The position numbers and the translations under genes were made by a program. The notes under the pieces were generated by a model. The model had not been told where the DNA came from, made no database searches, and worked only from the letters and a program-made list of their open reading frames with translations. This document shows, in pieces, positions 59,273 to 64,000 of a stretch of 64,000 bases of DNA (its first letter is position 1; the number at the start of each line of letters is the position of its first letter). Origin of the DNA: Promethearchaeota archaeon (lineage in GTDB: Archaea > Asgardarchaeota > Lokiarchaeia > Sigyniarchaeales > SOKP01); the NCBI GenBank assembly GCA_018238625.1, contig JABCSY010000001.1, positions 45,279 to 109,278 on the forward strand, read 5' to 3'.

Positions 59273-60382
59273 TTGATATTTTTAGAATTCCCTATATTAG
59301 GTGATATGAGATTTCCATTACTAATAATGGAATGGATCTCCGTGATTATAGTATTTGAAATAAGTCTTATGTTTTTAGTTCGATATAAAAAGCAAGAAAA
59401 ATCCTTAAGAAACCTTCAAGATCTCGGATATTTCATGTTATTTTTTAGTTTTTCTCTAATATATTTTTTTTTTATTTTGACCACCTTCTATTCTTCCGAT
59501 ACTATAATTTCGCCCTTCCTTATATGGAATTATGGAAGTGAGCGTATATTCTTTTTAAATATGAGTTATTTTTCATCGATTATTGCTAGTTTTGTCGCAA
59601 TTTTTTTTATTGAAAAATATAATATTTTTCTTTATAAAAGATATTTCTTTACGATAATAATGTCAATTTTTGTGTTATTTTTTTCTGTTTTATTTTTTGT
59701 TGATATTAGATATACTCAATCGATAATGTATGGATATATGTCTGTATTTGTGCTTTTTTTTATAAATTTTTTAATAAAATTTAGTAAAAAATTAATGTAT
59801 AGGGGGTTGTTTTTTTTCGTCGCAATTGCACTATTGGTCGTTGGATATGGTCTTACTACGGATTTATTGAATACTCTCTTCGGACTTGGAAGCCAAATGA
59901 TAGGCGATATTTTGCAATTGATTTCTTTATTAACGCTATCTTATTTCTTTTTTACATTAGCTGACTTTACTGAATTTGGTTGGAAAGAAAAAACTGAGGC
60001 ATTATTTTTGATAGATAAGGCTGGAATCTGTTTATATCAAAAAATCTTTAAGGAGAAAAAAGAGTTTATTAGCGAAAATTTAATTTCAGCAGCAATTTCT
60101 ATTGTTAATGATATGCTTAAAGAATTAATCGGAACGGGAAATGATAAAGGTGTTTCAATTATAAAGAAACCAAATCAAATAGTTATGATATATTCCGGTG
60201 AAAATATATCTGGAGTATTATATATAACAGAAGACTTAAACTTTCCAAAAGTAATACTCAAAGAATTTGTTGATAAATTTGAACTCTTATTTAAAAATAT
60301 CATTCAAGACCAACCAATCAAATTTCCAAGAGAGAAACTATTTAAATATACAGAAACTATTACTGAAGACTTATTTTTGTAG
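59273..60382 (+). CDS. Multi-TM membrane protein with a C-terminal longin-like domain (paralog of 58107)
   Basis: EF.W.E linker shared with 58107; LFLIDKAGICLY...LISAAIS.V..MLKE. Confidence 0.7.
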   Translation: MIFLEFPILGDMRFPLLIMEWISVIIVFEISLMFLVRYKKQEKSLRNLQDLGYFMLFFSFSLIYFFFILTTFYSSDTIISPFLIWNYGSERIFFLNMSYFSSIIASFVAIFFIEKYNIFLYKRYFFTIIMSIFVLFFSVLFFVDIRYTQSIMYGYMSVFVLFFINFLIKFSKKLMYRGLFFFVAIALLVVGYGLTTDLLNTLFGLGSQMIGDILQLISLLTLSYFFFTLADFTEFGWKEKTEALFLIDKAGICLYQKIFKEKKEFISENLISAAISIVNDMLKELIGTGNDKGVSIIKKPNQIVMIYSGENISGVLYITEDLNFPKVILKEFVDKFELLFKNIIQDQPIKFPREKLFKYTETITEDLFL

Positions 60383-60561
60383 GAATAAATATTCCACTTT
60401 CATTTTATTTATTACATTTTATTCAAGCCATAGTTACTGGTTAAAAGATTCATTATATTAATTATTTAAACTTTAATAATGAATTATGTTATTTTTTTGA
60501 GAACCCAAAACTGTATCACAATCACAATATTTTTTAGTTACTCTACAAAGTGTATATTGGA

Positions 60562-61323
60562 TTACAAACCCGGAATCGCTGTACGTTTATGTACAATATC
60601 TAATAGTTTGGAAACAAGCGTGATCAGAACTAGAAAGATGACAGCAATAACGATGTAAGTAGTGAGAGAAATAAATGTTCTAGCAACAATCCAATGCGCC
60701 TCGGCAAACAATTCCTCAACTCCGATGAAATAAACAATAACCGTATACTTCGGAAGGTAGGCGGCCTCATTAGACCATGCAGGAATAACGCGTCGCAAAG
60801 CTTGAGGTAGGATAATATGACGAATTCCAGAAAAACGAGACATACCTAGTGATTGGGCAGCCATTAACTGTCCAGAACCTACGGACATAATAGCTCCACG
60901 GAAATATTCTGCTTGATACGCTGAACTATTAAGCCCTAATACAATAATTCCAATTAAAGTTCGTCGATTTAGGAGAATAAGAGTTATTTCCTTATCAAAA
61001 ATCATGAAGCTTGTTGAAAAACTCCACCTCTCTATCGGTAAATTTAAACTATAAGGGAGAAAATATAAAAGAAATAATTGTGCGATTAGAGGTGTGCCAC
61101 GCACAATCTCTATAAAGCCTGCAGAGATATCTGAAATAATACCTAAAGGATAAGATGATTTGTATAGTCGGAGAATTGCCAATATTAATCCTAGAAAAAA
61201 ACCGATTAAAATTGCCCATCCATATAACCACAATGTTAACAAGAAACCTGAAAAAATATGATCCCAATATTCCAGTACAGCAAGAATTTCCTCAATCTGT
61301 CCAGGAAGAACTTGAAACATCAC
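60562..61323 (-). CDS. Polar amino-acid ABC transporter permease
   Basis: RGTPL..QL, SAY.AE.FRG, GQ..AA.SLG, LPQA. Confidence 0.93.
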   Translation of the reverse strand: MMFQVLPGQIEEILAVLEYWDHIFSGFLLTLWLYGWAILIGFFLGLILAILRLYKSSYPLGIISDISAGFIEIVRGTPLIAQLFLLYFLPYSLNLPIERWSFSTSFMIFDKEITLILLNRRTLIGIIVLGLNSSAYQAEYFRGAIMSVGSGQLMAAQSLGMSRFSGIRHIILPQALRRVIPAWSNEAAYLPKYTVIVYFIGVEELFAEAHWIVARTFISLTTYIVIAVIFLVLITLVSKLLDIVHKRTAIPGL

Positions 61324-62111
61324 TCATTTTTCTCCTTTTTTGAAAGTTCTAAAAGCTTTTCGTGGCCCCCATATAATATACTAATTTGGTTTAGAAAGCG
61401 CCGAACCCTTTCAGATTTAGGAGCCGTAAAGAAATGTTCAGGTGTACCACGTTCAACGATAACACCCCCATCAAGATAGAGCATTTCTGATGAGACGGCT
61501 CTAGCAAATCCGAGTTCGTGTGTAACAACAACCATAGTCGTGCCCGCTTTAGCAAGATCTAACATTACCTGAAGAACTTCACCTATTAGTTCAGGATCTA
61601 ATGCAGAAGTAGGTTCATCAAATAAAATTACATCGGGTTCCATGACCAAGGCCCGTGCAATACCTACACGTTGTTGTTGGCCCCCAGAAAGTTCAGCAGG
61701 GTAATGATCAGCCCATTCAGCTAATCTTACACGTTGTAAAGCTTCAAGTGCCCTTTCTCGAGCTTCTTCTTTAGGTAATTTTTTCACCCGCCGAAGACCG
61801 ATGCTTACATTGTCTATTGCTTTGAGATGAGAAAATAAATTAAAATGCTGAAATACCATACCGATTTTCGCTCTCAATGCATTAATATTTGCTTTAGATT
61901 CCATTAAATTTTGTCCAGAAAGATATACTTCACCCTTATCGGGAGGTTCTAGCATATTAATACATCGAAGGAGCGTGCTCTTACCTGAACCACTAGGTCC
62001 AAAAATGACCTTGACATCTCTTTGTGCTAATTCGAAAGAGACACCCTTAAGAACATTTAAATCGTCATATGACTTCCACACATCAACTACACGTAATATA
62101 TTTTCGTTTAT
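61320..62111 (-). CDS. Polar amino-acid ABC transporter ATPase (GlnQ-like); probable ATA start at 62111
   Basis: [27 protein letters not shown]; upstream in-frame [11 protein letters not shown] and GGAGGTGG SD. Confidence 0.93.
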   Translation of the reverse strand: MNENILRVVDVWKSYDDLNVLKGVSFELAQRDVKVIFGPSGSGKSTLLRCINMLEPPDKGEVYLSGQNLMESKANINALRAKIGMVFQHFNLFSHLKAIDNVSIGLRRVKKLPKEEARERALEALQRVRLAEWADHYPAELSGGQQQRVGIARALVMEPDVILFDEPTSALDPELIGEVLQVMLDLAKAGTTMVVVTHELGFARAVSSEMLYLDGGVIVERGTPEHFFTAPKSERVRRFLNQISILYGGHEKLLELSKKEKNE

Positions 62112-62113
62112 AT

Positions 62114-62800
62114 CTAGCCACCTCCCATTCCTAATTTTTTAAGTTTTTTAGTTTGCCGTTCACCAAATAATCTTGCTACTGGATAAGTAAATAAAAAGTA
62201 TAGAATGGCAACAGCACCTATAGATAAAGCCCATAAATTTGTGAAACCTACGCCAAGATCATAAGCTGCTTTTGTCATTTCAACAATTCCAACTGCATAA
62301 GCAAAAGATGAATCTTTGATAACTACCGCATACTCATTGGTCCAACTAGGAACAGCTAACCGTAAGGCTTGGGGCATTATAATAGAGCGGAAAGCTTGGA
62401 TTTTACTCATACCTAATGCCCGAGCTGCGTCCATTTGTCCTGGATTCACGGATAGAATAGCTCCACGAAAAATCTGAGATTGATATGCACCACTACGAAG
62501 AGCAAGTGCTAAAATTACGCTAGCAAGTGGTCTATCAAGTAAATCTAAATACCAAAATAAGTCTGGCATCCCGAAAGCGAATATAAAGATTAATATGAGG
62601 ATAGGAATCCCACGCAAAAGTTTTTCGTAACCACTTGATAACCAAATGAGTTCTTTAGCGCCGTAAACGCGCATAATTGCCAAGGTTATACCTAAGAGAA
62701 ACCCCCCTAGTAAACCAAGAGCAGTAAGAATTAATGTATTAAATAAACCTTGAATAATAATATAAAAAAAAATATCAAAGAGGTCTGGCATGTTACTCAT
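62114..62800 (-). CDS. Polar amino-acid ABC transporter permease
   Basis: RGIP, AY.SQIFRG, GQMDAARALG, KDSS. Confidence 0.93.
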   Translation of the reverse strand: MSNMPDLFDIFFYIIIQGLFNTLILTALGLLGGFLLGITLAIMRVYGAKELIWLSSGYEKLLRGIPILILIFIFAFGMPDLFWYLDLLDRPLASVILALALRSGAYQSQIFRGAILSVNPGQMDAARALGMSKIQAFRSIIMPQALRLAVPSWTNEYAVVIKDSSFAYAVGIVEMTKAAYDLGVGFTNLWALSIGAVAILYFLFTYPVARLFGERQTKKLKKLGMGGG

Positions 62801-62804
62801 CTTT

Positions 62805-63611
62805 TTATACTGTTACATTGCCAAACCACTGATTTATTAGAGTGTACATAGATCCATCTTGATAACTATCAAAAATAACTTTATTAATTTCGTACAGCAG
62901 AGCGGGTTCACCGTGTCTAGTCCATAGTGCTAAAGGTTCTTCTTCTGAACTGTATATAACCCTAAGAACATATGTAGTTTCGTATGCATTAAAGATTGGT
63001 CCGTCTACATATGCTGCGTCTATTCCTCCAGCGTTTAAATCTTGAATAAGGACATCAGCACTAGCATAAGTAAAAACATTTATCCCGGAGATAGCGTCTA
63101 ACTCGTCCTGCATTACGGTGCCTGATTGGCAACCAACATCGAATCCTATGAGATCTGTTAAATTTGAAATCGGAGATGGAAAATCCAATGAACTATTCTT
63201 CACGATCACAACTTGACTAACTGAAATGTAGGTTGTAGAAGCTGCAAGTTGAGCTGCGCGTTGTGCATTGTATGTCATAGCCGCAGCAATCATATCGATC
63301 GTACCAGCTTTACAAGCACCAATAAGAGAGTCAAAACCTATATCTTGCATTTGGAGTGTAACACCAAGCGCATCTGCTATCATCTGTGACACATCAATAT
63401 CAAAACCTACGATCTCTCCACCGGGATAAGTCTTATTCTCGAAGGGAGGGTAATCAGCACTAGTCCCTACAATGATATAACCTCGATCTTGAATTTGATC
63501 TAATAACGGTGTAGGTGCTGGCTCGGTAAGAAGTCCAGGAATGAACCATCCTACAGAAAACCCTACTACTATACCGATGATAATTCCTAATATTGCTATT
63601 TCTCTTTTCAT
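62805..63611 (-). CDS. Polar amino-acid ABC transporter substrate-binding protein with an N-terminal TM anchor
   Basis: VGTSADYPPFE, GFDID, FDSLI, G.Q.GT. Confidence 0.93.
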   Translation of the reverse strand: MKREIAILGIIIGIVVGFSVGWFIPGLLTEPAPTPLLDQIQDRGYIIVGTSADYPPFENKTYPGGEIVGFDIDVSQMIADALGVTLQMQDIGFDSLIGACKAGTIDMIAAAMTYNAQRAAQLAASTTYISVSQVVIVKNSSLDFPSPISNLTDLIGFDVGCQSGTVMQDELDAISGINVFTYASADVLIQDLNAGGIDAAYVDGPIFNAYETTYVLRVIYSSEEEPLALWTRHGEPALLYEINKVIFDSYQDGSMYTLINQWFGNVTV

Positions 63612-63794
63612 CCATTAATCAACTTTTTATTTTAAATTTTATTTAGTGTTGTATTTTAGATTAAGTGATACAGAAGATAAATGTTATAAGTAAGCTTATA
63701 AAGATTTTCATTTATAGTCTAATAATATCAACAGTTAATCTTAGAATGTTAATTAAAATATTCATTTCTCTAATAAAAAAAAAGGAAGAAAAAT

Positions 63795-63998
63795 CTATTT
63801 AGTTTTTAAAACAAGGGTTATTGCTCGAGTTAGGCGTATTACTTCAATAATTTTTCCTTTTGTAACTTTTATTTGTTCTCTACTAATCGCATGAGTGAAA
63901 TCTCCCTTACCATTGCAGATTTTTACAATTGCGTTATTATCTCCCGTCATAATTATGTTAGGATCTGAAGCAGTTCCGTTAATCAGTTCAGCTTTTCT
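63795..63998 (-). CDS. C-terminal fragment of a probable SCP2-like protein (truncated by window edge)
   Basis: Manual translation RKAELINGTASDPNIIMTGDNNAIVKICNGKGDFTHAISREQIKVTKG...KTK*, an SCP2-like pattern. Confidence 0.6.
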   Translation of the reverse strand, partial: RKAELINGTASDPNIIMTGDNNAIVKICNGKGDFTHAISREQIKVTKGKIIEVIRLTRAITLVLKTK

Positions 63999-64000
63999 TC

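Noticed and set aside
473-61479. Many short ORFs overlapping real genes (e.g. 473, 1551, 4269, 8472, 15946, 17634, 24846, 49550)
   Set aside because: These are antisense or alternate-frame shadows of well-supported genes, with no motifs of their own.
60562-63611. ABC transporter as a mobile or horizontally acquired island
   Set aside because: It looks slightly less AT-rich by eye, but this was not quantified, and there are no integrase, tRNA or flanking repeats.
1-64000. tRNA, rRNA and IS elements
   Set aside because: Intergenic gaps are short and very AT-rich with no GC-rich structured segments, and no transposase motifs were recognised.

Overview
AT-rich, gene-dense archaeal chromosomal segment, most consistent with an Asgard (Lokiarchaeia-like) genome. 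The assignment is inferred from a Rag-type GTPase with a roadblock-like C-terminus, longin-like proteins, Ftr/Mtd, archaeal-type GlyRS, Cdc48, SCP2 proteins and TPR proteins. No rRNA, tRNA, CRISPR or transposase was seen. Contents in order: glycine cleavage operon with apt; Rag-like GTPase convergent on a longin/uDENN-like gene; an unusual [NiFe]-hydrogenase operon led by a winged-HTH-HdrA-MvhD fusion with a degenerate bifurcation site; a divergent operon (two paralogous unknown proteins, MtdA/B-like dehydrogenase, Cdc48) and a small third paralog, with a shared TTGAYAA-N6-TTRTCAA palindrome in the upstream regions; mtd and ftr; two surface proteins; glyS; GNAT and TPR pairs; radical SAM; GlpD; a divergent ABCE1 operon; a roughly 16-kb lipid/isoprenoid catabolic island (Cys-less thiolase folds with DUF35 partners, two BKACE, ACAD, ECH, CrtI-like, CoA ligase); ltaE; two membrane-longin proteins; and a polar amino-acid ABC transporter. 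The best candidate for an undescribed system is a DNA-binding, H2/redox-sensing hydrogenase-HdrA complex with its own regulon and a possible link to Rag-GTPase signalling. Three genes appear to use AUA/AUU start codons. All protein calls are by motif recognition only; no searches were run.
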